DNA from: an uncultured bacterium | GTDB taxonomy: Bacteria > Zixibacteria > MSB-5A5 > GN15 > FEB-12 | Assembly (NCBI GenBank): GCA_965372795.1 | Contig: CBDVDR010000001.1 | Span: forward strand, 64,001 to 128,000 | Direction of reading: 5' to 3' | DNA length: 64,000 nt | In this document: positions 1 through 8,209 of the stretch, piece by piece | How the letters are laid out: every line of letters starts with the position of its first letter | Position numbering within the stretch: position 1 is the first letter of the stretch | Position numbers and translations under genes: made by a program | The notes under the pieces: model-generated | Seen by the model: the letters and a program-made list of their open reading frames with translations, nothing else | Databases searched by the model: none | What the model was told of the DNA's origin: nothing

Positions 1-2329
1 AATGCCATGCACCCCATTCTCCATCTTCGGGCCAATCTACTCTAGAACATGGGTCAAAAACAGATATATCCTTTTTCATTGCTGTAATATTATTAAGTTC
101 TTTTTGGGTATGTTTAAGTTCACCCACCTCACCTACAAATATATTCATCTTCTGCCCTTTAACAGAAAGCCTTGAAGCATGTCCAAAATGTTGTATTGTA
201 GGGGAAAGTATAATCGAATATTTTTCAATCAATTGTTCTTTATTATACGAAAGAGCTGACCAGGGTAAATTTGATAAAATCCCATCGAGAATAATTAAAA
301 CAGTTTTTTGATTAGTAGGTATTTCAAGCGGTGCCCACAAATAATCACCAATTTTTGCAAATAGTTTATTTTCCTCGAATACATCCGAACGGGTATTTAA
401 TTCACTTCCGAAAAGTACTCGATTTATCAATATCTGCCAATAACCATACATCTCTAATAATTTTTGATGTCCATCTATATAGCGATGTTTTCTTGTAGTT
501 CCTTTAAAATGAATAAATGAGATGATATCATTCTTATCAATATGAAATTGTATGATTGGCATTTGCATAGAATACTTAATCAGATATTTATCTATGTGGC
601 TTGTCTTCTCATCATAAATCTGTTCATTGTGATCTAATAAAAGTAAACTTTCACGTACTGATTTGTGAGATTTATCCAGTGAACGATGCGATCCCAGAGC
701 AACACCAATTCTTGAATCTGAAATTGAGTTCAATTGACCGGATAACATTGAAACTTGATGAGATAATTTTGCTAATGATTGTTCTACATTAGTTCGCTCA
801 CTCATAGCATTGAAAGATTTTCCTGATGTTGCCCAGATTCCGGCGGTTTTAAATCTATCAGCCCATATCGCTGCTTTTCTGGGATCCCTTTCGATATTCA
901 ACGAAATCATCTGTTCATATGGGTCAGATTTACCACTCATAAATGCTGCTCTCATTTCAATCGGAGGTAATTTTGCTCGCACAATATCAAGAACGTTTGC
1001 AGCTTTTGTCCAGTGCTTTGCAGCCACACTAACTTTACCTTTTAAAAACTGCCGATCACCTTGGAAGGTCTGCCACTTTGCTAAAAGGTGAGGGACTGAT
1101 TTAACGGCTTTATTTTTTGACAATCGTTTAAATGCTTTTTCATCATTCGGTTGCTCTGTTATAAAAAATAGATCACATACCGCTTCCCATAGAGGTAGCT
1201 GAGCCTGCTTAAAGAGCCGTCTAATAGAACCATAGCTTCGATGATCAATTTTCTGATTATTAGTAATTTGAGTTTCAAACAACTTTACAGCAGCTTCAAA
1301 TCCTTTATTCTTTTCCTTAGCAAACCCAGATTTGGCTCGATCCAATGCTTTCAAAACTTCCTTATCACGTCCACACCCATAAGCAGCTTTTGCTCTAAAA
1401 AAAGCAGCTTTTGAGGCTTCATAGTTAAGCTTGGTTTTCCTTGCTAATCTTTCGGCATTGCAAGCATAATCATAGGCATCCGAAAAAAGGTTAAGTCCTA
1501 AATAAGCTTCTGCCCTGTCCAAAATACAAAGCATCACACCCTTATTCTGTCCGGATTCCAAATAACTCTCTTCACATTTTTTCAGGAGACTAAGAGCAAT
1601 GTGGTAATCGCCCTTTAAAAGAGAAAGCCAGCCTAAACCATATTCACATTCAGTTACATATAAATTAAAACCTAATTTGCAGAATATATCTTTTGCCTGA
1701 TTGTAAGATTCTGATGCTTTTTCAAAATCAAGCAACTGAACAAGAGTATTGGCCAAATTGTAATGACAAAGGCCTAAAACAAGTCTTTGCCTGTTTGTTT
1801 TTTCCAAATGACAGCGAGCTTGTTCATATTGTCGTTTTGCTTCAAGATGTCTGTCTTGACGATGAAACAAGTTCCCATAGTTAATTCTGGTTTTAGCTAC
1901 TTCATCATATTCTTGAAGTTTTGTAAAGGCTTTGATTGCATTTTGGGCTCTGCGACGAGCCTTGGGAATATCCATCAAATACATATATACATCAATAAGA
2001 ATACGATCTATCTTTGCTCGATCTATCGGACGACTTTTTGACAGCTTACGAGCTTCAAGGTATGCTTTCTCAGCTTCCTTATAATTACCACTACTGTTTA
2101 ATGTCCAGCCGAAAGCACGTAACGCCACATCCAAGGGCATGTTTGGATTTTTGCGGGTCCTGGTTACAAATTGACGTGCTAAAGATAAGGCTAAAGGAAT
2201 AGATTTTTGAGTTTCTGCTCTAATAAGTTGATCGCATGCTTTAGCCAAATCGGATAAATCTACCTGGCTAATAGCCCCTTCTTTTAAAAAGGCAATAGCT
2301 GCTTTTGTCAGAGAATCTGACTTTACCAT
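1..2329 (-). CDS. TPR + CHAT (caspase-like protease) domain protein, 3' end truncated by the window edge
   Basis: Absent from the ORF track (no stop in window). Manual translation from ATG 2329 (MVKSDSLTKA...) gives TPR-like helices (NYGNLFHRQD, HYNLANTLVQLLDFEKASESY). The same frame near the window start gives CHAT-type segments VLIILDGILSNLPWSAL, IILSP and ends at ...GAWH. The middle was not translated codon by codon, but both ends are in the same frame. Confidence 0.8.
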   Translation of the reverse strand, partial: MVKSDSLTKAAIAFLKEGAISQVDLSDLAKACDQLIRAETQKSIPLALSLARQFVTRTRKNPNMPLDVALRAFGWTLNSSGNYKEAEKAYLEARKLSKSRPIDRAKIDRILIDVYMYLMDIPKARRRAQNAIKAFTKLQEYDEVAKTRINYGNLFHRQDRHLEAKRQYEQARCHLEKTNRQRLVLGLCHYNLANTLVQLLDFEKASESYNQAKDIFCKLGFNLYVTECEYGLGWLSLLKGDYHIALSLLKKCEESYLESGQNKGVMLCILDRAEAYLGLNLFSDAYDYACNAERLARKTKLNYEASKAAFFRAKAAYGCGRDKEVLKALDRAKSGFAKEKNKGFEAAVKLFETQITNNQKIDHRSYGSIRRLFKQAQLPLWEAVCDLFFITEQPNDEKAFKRLSKNKAVKSVPHLLAKWQTFQGDRQFLKGKVSVAAKHWTKAANVLDIVRAKLPPIEMRAAFMSGKSDPYEQMISLNIERDPRKAAIWADRFKTAGIWATSGKSFNAMSERTNVEQSLAKLSHQVSMLSGQLNSISDSRIGVALGSHRSLDKSHKSVRESLLLLDHNEQIYDEKTSHIDKYLIKYSMQMPIIQFHIDKNDIISFIHFKGTTRKHRYIDGHQKLLEMYGYWQILINRVLFGSELNTRSDVFEENKLFAKIGDYLWAPLEIPTNQKTVLIILDGILSNLPWSALSYNKEQLIEKYSIILSPTIQHFGHASRLSVKGQKMNIFVGEVGELKHTQKELNNITAMKKDISVFDPCSRVDWPEDGEWGAWH

Positions 2330-2892
2330 TGAAGGCTCCCAAGATCAATTCCAATCTCTTTTGAGAGGAGTTTCAAACGATGAGGCGGATGTTTTGCTAC
2401 CCAGTGAAAACAGTCATCATTCCCAAGATGTATTTTTTTAGAACCAACCTGTAGAATAAACTCTGAATTTACTAATTCATCTTTATAAACGCGCCCGATA
2501 AAGTTCCATCCCTCTGTATAACGGGAACCTACAAATTCAAAGGTGAATTGTTTGAAAATGAATCGAATTCTTCGTTCTATACCAAAAGGTGCCTGGCGCA
2601 CAGCTAAGGCAGGCATATTTTTCCAAGAATCAAATTGCACGGTTCCTTTGGAATGCTTTAGCGGTTTCCGTGATTCAATCATAAGCGGAATACGTTTACA
2701 ACGGGTTATTAAATCTTTTGGTGGTTCATACCTCAACTGGCCAATATTAGTCAATAAAAGTAATTGGTAAATGTCATTACACATTTCACATTCTTCTAAA
2801 TGTCTTAATATTGATTTATTCTCTGTCTTGATAGCTTTCAAAAGTGCATTTCTGTCTGGATGTTTTGAAGAAGGTATCATTAAATTTCTCAT
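2323..2892 (-). CDS. Putative zinc-binding anti-sigma factor (soluble)
   Basis: HLEECEMC matches the ZAS HxxxCxxC motif; lies directly downstream of the ECF sigma; stop overlaps the CHAT gene start; no TM helix seen. Confidence 0.65.
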   Translation of the reverse strand: MRNLMIPSSKHPDRNALLKAIKTENKSILRHLEECEMCNDIYQLLLLTNIGQLRYEPPKDLITRCKRIPLMIESRKPLKHSKGTVQFDSWKNMPALAVRQAPFGIERRIRFIFKQFTFEFVGSRYTEGWNFIGRVYKDELVNSEFILQVGSKKIHLGNDDCFHWVAKHPPHRLKLLSKEIGIDLGSLQW

Positions 2893-2971
2893 AATATCAT
2901 TTTGACATTCATAAAATCTGTTAATTGTTTACATTTGCTGTTACAATTATATAGTTCCATCTAATATCGTT

Positions 2972-3526
2972 TTAGTACTCGTTTATATCATATTTTGCTA
3001 ATATTTTTTTTAATTTTTCAAGACATCGCTTTCGAGTAGGACCAAGACTGTTCATGGATATTTTTAATTTCTTTGCAATTTCTTTATATGATACATCTTC
3101 CGATGAAAAGAAAAGCTCTTTTAATAGTTGAGCGCATCGCTCATCCATTTCATCTAAAGCTTTCTGCAGCATTTCATATCTTCTGAGATAGATAACATGT
3201 TCGTACGGCGTTATAGGTGGATCAGATTCGATACTATTTTTTTCAATTTTCTCTATAGAAATCTTTTTCCTAAGAATTCTCATTGATCTGCGATAAGCTG
3301 TGCTTGCCAGCCAATTTGGTATTTTTTCGACTTCTTTGATTTTAAATCGTGAACTGTAGAGTGCCATCCAAGTCTGCTGAGTACAATCTTCGGCGTCAGC
3401 AGAATTGAGACCGTTACGATGTGCTACCGAATAGACAAGTACCGTATATTTGTCAACAAGCTCTCCCCAAGCGTTCTTGTCACCCTCTAAGATGCTCTTC
3501 CATATTCCATCTAAAGTCTTACTCAT
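2972..3526 (-). CDS. ECF-type RNA polymerase sigma-70 factor
   Basis: Region 2 (DAEDCTQQTW...WL) and region 4 (SYKEIAKKL...SLGPTRKRCLEKLK), 184 aa. Confidence 0.92.
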   Translation of the reverse strand: MSKTLDGIWKSILEGDKNAWGELVDKYTVLVYSVAHRNGLNSADAEDCTQQTWMALYSSRFKIKEVEKIPNWLASTAYRRSMRILRKKISIEKIEKNSIESDPPITPYEHVIYLRRYEMLQKALDEMDERCAQLLKELFFSSEDVSYKEIAKKLKISMNSLGPTRKRCLEKLKKILAKYDINEY

Positions 3527-3835
3527 TGTAAAGATAGGGATGTAAGCTTGGCAGAAGCATAGTATGCCAAATCATTACCCGGTGCTCCAAAATTAATCAA
3601 TTTTACTGAATAAAAACTAATGACAATATAAATAGAAATTTAATTCTTACCAAAAGAAATAAGTTAAAATATTTTCATTCTTGATGTACTAAAGATGTGA
3701 TAAGATGGAACATAATATATGGAGAGTTTTTAATAGATTTTCATTTATTTTCAGACTTAATTATTTTTAATAAAAAAGACATCTGTAGATTTAGACATCT
3801 ATTTATTCAAATGTACTTCCTTCTATCAAATTACA

Positions 3836-4105
3836 TCAAATAATATCCTCAATGTATGTTGCGACCAGTTCTTCCTTTTTGGCTCGTGACAACTTTTTAA
3901 CCGCTCTCTCTCTTATTTGAGCCAGATTCCTTTCGGAAGCGCATTTCTCGGAATATATTAATTTGCAAGGACGGCGCGATCTTGTGTATTTGGCACCTTT
4001 GCCGGAATTATGTTTTTCCAGGCGGGCGTTGATATCAAGTGCAATCCCTGTGTAAAACGAATCGTCTGCACAACGGAGGATATATAAATACCATTCTTTA
4101 CTCAT
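3836..4105 (-). CDS. GIY-YIG nuclease family protein (UPF0213-like)
   Basis: WYLYILRCADDSFYTGI...RLEKHNSGKGAKYTRSRRP. Confidence 0.92.
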   Translation of the reverse strand: MSKEWYLYILRCADDSFYTGIALDINARLEKHNSGKGAKYTRSRRPCKLIYSEKCASERNLAQIRERAVKKLSRAKKEELVATYIEDII

Positions 4106-4124
4106 TTATCCCTTACTAGTTCAT

Positions 4125-4152
4125 GTAGAGCAAGATCCATGTGATCCTGCCC
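4125..4152 (+). repeat. Degenerate GTAG-type REP (family A)
   Basis: gtagagcaagatccatgtgatcctgccc resembles the copies at 37624 and 48155. Confidence 0.6.
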
Positions 4153-4238
4153 TCTTAATCTTTTATTTAATTTATAACAATAAATAAAGGCTTGCAATCT
4201 TTAATAGAGGGCTACTTGGGATACATATCAAACCAACA

Positions 4239-4322
4239 TAGTTGGAATTTTAAGCATGAAAAAACCCTGACCTATTACGCCAGAGTAAATCATACGAAGT
4301 ATGCTGGGACACAGGGATTCGA
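4239..4322 (-). repeat. att-like direct repeat: tRNA-Gln 3' fragment plus downstream terminator
   Basis: 84 bp identical to 6299..6382; similarity extends about 12 bp further left with mismatches. Confidence 0.92.
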
Positions 4323-4551
4323 CGCATGCCATTTTCACCAACTTTTTGCATATCAATAAATTATGCATAATTCACTTACTTTCATAAAGTTAACTTGAGT
4401 TAAGTTAAGTTGAGTTATGTTGGAGCTTGTTGAGCTAACTCCAGTGAAGTAGTTTGTTAGAAAATTGTGAGAAAAAGTGTATACCAAAATATAACACACT
4501 GGGTATTTAAGTTCAATTATCTATTTTGTGAAAAATAAATTTTGAATATTT

Positions 4552-4577
4552 AAAAAAGCCCCACCTGTGTGGGGCTT
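4552..4577 (-). terminator. Rho-independent terminator after the Cys-rich peptide gene
   Basis: AAGCCCCAC-ACAG-GTGGGGCTT followed by a T run on the minus strand. Confidence 0.85.
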
Positions 4578-4615
4578 AAACCTGTTTTCGCCAAATTTAA
4601 TATCTTAGTTTATTA

Positions 4616-4900
4616 TTACCGACACACAGGTGTTATAATTGGACAGTCACCAACAAGCTCTACCAATTCTGCAGGAGGTGGAGTAGTGTGGCAAGTCCAC
4701 CAACCACCATAATATTTATGGAACCAACCAGCACCTGCAGAGCAACCACCGGTTGCTGGCTTGATACAACAACCATAACCATATGGTTCAGGATCTGCCT
4801 CAGGCACGGGTGCAGCTCCAGCATATACTTGAGCAGTTATGCCAGCAACAAATGAGAAGATAAAAAGTAACAGAAATCCAAAAACAAAGTTACGTTTCAT
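4616..4900 (-). CDS. Secreted six-cysteine small peptide (94-aa precursor)
   Basis: GAGGT RBS before ATG 4900; signal peptide MKRNFVFGFLLLFIFSFVAG...VYA; Pro/acidic spacer; CC-C-C-C-C core; own terminator. Confidence 0.75.
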   Translation of the reverse strand: MKRNFVFGFLLLFIFSFVAGITAQVYAGAAPVPEADPEPYGYGCCIKPATGGCSAGAGWFHKYYGGWWTCHTTPPPAELVELVGDCPIITPVCR

Positions 4901-5122
4901 AATTACCTCTTCTTTCTTAGATTCGGTTTGCACGACTCAACACCTATAATCCATAACTGGTATCGAGCAGAGCGGCTCTTTGATTCCACAAATTCGTTAA
5001 TTTTATGACGGTTTGTGAATGATAAAAGAGCTGTAGTTTAGTAAACCTGAGTCATTCAGGTACACGATTACAAAGTGTTTGGCGAAGACAGATAATTTTT
5101 CCTCAGTATCAGCTCTTTGGAG

Positions 5123-5710
5123 CTATAAATTAGATATCCGTTTAATGTCATCTACAGTTAATGCCGCTGCAATAGCTTCACGAATAACGAGATCCTCATC
5201 GACTATCACAGTAAACGGGTAATGATACAATTCAAATGCAAAAGTGTAAGCACCCTGTTGATCGAAAAGAATCGGCATCTGCAAATTGTGTTTTTCTATC
5301 AATGTTTTTATTAAGTCTCTATTACAGTTTGCGATATAGATGAATTTTCGAAGGTCCTGACTATTCAGAATGGTTTTAGTCACTGAAATCATCTCTTTTT
5401 GACAACTTTCACACTCAGGGTCGAAGAATGTGATTGATGTGGGACCATCAACAAGATGTGAAAGAATTTGAGGTAATTGATCAATATCCTCAAACTGGTG
5501 GTCTGGTATAGTATCACCGGGATTAAGTCCCTTAAGATATGAAAGAGCTTCTCTGGTAAATACCTCTCTCTCCTCATAATAATTATTCACCTGTTGTGAC
5601 TTATTCCTGGAAATCATTACTCCAGCAACTTGTACACCAACAAGGTAAGCTACTCCAACAGTAATAACTACAGCTATGAAATACTTCAGAAACGATTGTA
5701 TCTTTCGCAT
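5123..5710 (-). CDS. Membrane-anchored redoxin (TlpA/AhpC-TSA-like thiol-disulfide oxidoreductase)
   Basis: N-terminal TM helix; LNPGDTIPDH; FFDPECESC (CxxC); YPFTVIVD cis-Pro region; GGAGG RBS. Confidence 0.8.
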   Translation of the reverse strand: MRKIQSFLKYFIAVVITVGVAYLVGVQVAGVMISRNKSQQVNNYYEEREVFTREALSYLKGLNPGDTIPDHQFEDIDQLPQILSHLVDGPTSITFFDPECESCQKEMISVTKTILNSQDLRKFIYIANCNRDLIKTLIEKHNLQMPILFDQQGAYTFAFELYHYPFTVIVDEDLVIREAIAAALTVDDIKRISNL

Positions 5711-6363
5711 GTTTCTTTTTTAGTTTAAACCTCCCTGGTTTTTCTATTCATATTTAAATTGTTTTGCTTATATTTTTTCTAAAAAGAAAAGTAACAACTA
5801 AATGCTTTTTAGTTAATTAATAACAGATGCATTTAGCTCATCCCCGCTTCAATTAATTATCATGAAACATTTAACCTATTTTACAATTCTCATAGTCAAC
5901 TTTCTTATATAATTATCTTCTTAGAAAATCCCTTTATCTTTAAACTTTAACTAATTTCTTTTTTTATAAGTCTAAGATTGAAGAAATAATATAAATTGAG
6001 AAAATATTAAATTATTTTCTCATAAAACCCTCAGACATAACTAATAATTCTATCTGATTTACATCATCAACATAACTAATGAAGGTGACAAATTTGGCAC
6101 TGATGAAAATAGTTTTTGTAAAAAATTATTATTATAAAAGGTAATAGTCTAAAAATTGCTTTCAGTGGTGAATAGATTTAGGCATTGAAGAAATAGAATA
6201 AAACAATCCTTTAGAGTGAATAAGGATATTGCGATAAAGTTAGTTTGTTAGAAAATTCCGAGGGCGTCTACAGCCCACGGTTACAAATCGAACCAACCTA
6301 GTTGGAATTTTAAGCATGAAAAAACCCTGACCTATTACGCCAGAGTAAATCATACGAAGTATG

Positions 6364-6434
6364 CTGGGACACAGGGATTCGAACCCCGATCCTACGGTCC
6401 AGAGCCGCATGTCCTACCATTGGACGATGTCCCA
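6364..6434 (-). tRNA. tRNA-Gln (anticodon CTG), CCA not encoded
   Basis: TGGGACATCGTCCAATGGTAGGACATGCGGCTCTGGACCGTAGGATCGGGGTTCGAATCCCTGTGTCCCAG folds as a cloverleaf with GTTCGAA T-loop. Confidence 0.95.
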
Positions 6435-6486
6435 GTATAATGCAAGCATTGATAATTCCAGAAATATTCCGGTTATCAACTTCGGG

Positions 6487-6514
6487 AATATACAAAACCT
6501 AAAGTCTTTGTCAA
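6487..6514 (-). promoter_or_regulatory. Candidate sigma70 promoter of tRNA-Gln
   Basis: TTGACA-N16-TATATT upstream of the tRNA. Confidence 0.5.
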
Positions 6515-6575
6515 GGAATCTTTAAATCCCATAACTTGTTTTATATCAACCACGTCGACGACTATTAAAAAACCT

Positions 6576-7226
6576 TTAGGATGCCCTGTCAATATTTCTA
6601 ATCAGGAGCGCTCCACCCTTAATTTCTATCTCCGCTTTAGACTTTACGATCAGATTTCGGAGACCATGGCAACTACCTAATTTTATGACCTGCTTAGAAA
6701 CATTATATCTCATGCCATCGCAGCTTAATTCAATTTTAGAAGTCACCGGTATTACCGAGATTTGACTATCTTTACATTTTTCTAAAATGATTCGTTCATC
6801 TTTCAGGTAATCTATCTCATAATCAAAATTAATGATCCGTTTTCTAACGATCTCTTTGGAGTTTGTCTTGAATATATTTGCAAGCAGCATGACAGATCCC
6901 AAAAAATGATCCACCTCACCATAACCGGGCATTACAATTTCGATTAATTCGGCATTTTTATTTTTACAATAATCCAATGCAAGTTCAGTATCGGTCATAT
7001 CTTTATCAGTGGGGAATTTTAATACTTCGGTTGTATCAGAAAGCTTTGAGGGGAGTTTTTTTAATGAATCAAAATCACCAATCAGAAGATCAGGAGTTAT
7101 TTTAGTTTTACGAAAAAACTCATAGCCCCCATCTACGGCAATTTTGAATCTATCTTTACTGCAAAGACGGTAAAAATCCAAATGTTTTGACGGGTACTTG
7201 CCATTCAAAAAGAGAATACAATTCAT
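6576..7226 (-). CDS. thiN: Thiamine diphosphokinase
   Basis: IAVDGG, PDLLIGDFDS, DKDMTDTELAL, DH motifs. Confidence 0.92.
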   Translation of the reverse strand: MNCILFLNGKYPSKHLDFYRLCSKDRFKIAVDGGYEFFRKTKITPDLLIGDFDSLKKLPSKLSDTTEVLKFPTDKDMTDTELALDYCKNKNAELIEIVMPGYGEVDHFLGSVMLLANIFKTNSKEIVRKRIINFDYEIDYLKDERIILEKCKDSQISVIPVTSKIELSCDGMRYNVSKQVIKLGSCHGLRNLIVKSKAEIEIKGGALLIRNIDRAS

Positions 7227-8197
7227 TCTCCGACCTTTTTAAGCGCAAATGAGGCGGCTCCTAAAAGAGCTGTCTTTTCATCGATAATTAAACTAACCGG
7301 CATTTTCTCAAGCAGATTTTCCATCTTGCCCTTTTTAATAAACCGCTCCATAAACCGCCCTTTATCAATCGAGGTCATGACCTGTTTGGCAATCATGCCG
7401 CCAATATAGATTCCACTAAGCGTCATCCCTTTTAAGGCAAGGTTCGCAGCTTCCGAGGCAAAACAGCCAATGAAAATTTCAATCGTATCAATAGCAAGAT
7501 CATCTTCACCGGAAAGACACATCTCAATTATTTTCTGAGGACGATCATCAGTCTGCTTAAGCCATTCGGGTTCTTCCGCATTTCGATTAAACAATAGAAA
7601 TCTAAAAATATTTTCGATCCCGGAAAAACTAAGAACATCTTCTATCTCCACATGACCATTATCAGAATATAGATATTCCCACAGATCCATCTCAAGCTGA
7701 TTCGATGGTGAAAAATCACCATGACCGCCTTCGGAAGCATATGGGTAGTAATTGTTTTCATCCCGATAAATCAACGACTGTCCCAATCCGTTCCCGGCTG
7801 CTATCATTCCCATATTGCCATCAACGGGTGATTCGCCGACATTCAAACGGATAAATTTATCCTGCGGTAATTCAAAAACCCCATGAGCCGTTGCGACCAA
7901 ATCATTAAGAAGTTTGACTTTGCCGAGTGAAAACTTTTCTGAAAGTTCGTTGGCTTTAATTTGCCAGGGTAGATTGGTAACCTGAACTTCACCTTGAATC
8001 ACCGGACCAGCCACTCCAAAACAGGCGTAATCCACCGGTTCGGATATTTTTTTCATGTAAAGTTTTAAGAGAGAATCAAGATTAGAAAATTCCTGGGTTT
8101 TATAAGTCACCTGATTATATAGTTTCATTGCTCCGCGTACTTTTTTTACGCAGGTAATATCTACTGTTCGGGCTGTTATATAACCGGAAATTATCAT
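7223..8197 (-). CDS. glk: Glucokinase family protein (divergent N-terminal ATP motif)
   Basis: ACFGVAGPV, TNLPW, LLND, GNGLG, SEGGHGDF motifs; the expected DIGGT is absent. Confidence 0.8.
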   Translation of the reverse strand: MIISGYITARTVDITCVKKVRGAMKLYNQVTYKTQEFSNLDSLLKLYMKKISEPVDYACFGVAGPVIQGEVQVTNLPWQIKANELSEKFSLGKVKLLNDLVATAHGVFELPQDKFIRLNVGESPVDGNMGMIAAGNGLGQSLIYRDENNYYPYASEGGHGDFSPSNQLEMDLWEYLYSDNGHVEIEDVLSFSGIENIFRFLLFNRNAEEPEWLKQTDDRPQKIIEMCLSGEDDLAIDTIEIFIGCFASEAANLALKGMTLSGIYIGGMIAKQVMTSIDKGRFMERFIKKGKMENLLEKMPVSLIIDEKTALLGAASFALKKVGE

Positions 8198-8209
8198 TTT
8201 AATTACTCA

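Larger units (their letters stand above)
4239..6382. mobile_element. Small tRNA-Gln-integrated genomic islet (no integrase)
   Basis: Bounded by 84-bp direct repeats that include the tRNA 3' end; AT-rich interior with two accessory genes. Confidence 0.7.

Noticed and set aside
601..2202. Several short + strand ORFs
   Set aside because: They are antisense to the long TPR-CHAT frame and show no recognisable motifs.
6310..6495. 61-aa ORF
   Set aside because: It overlaps tRNA-Gln and its promoter; spurious.
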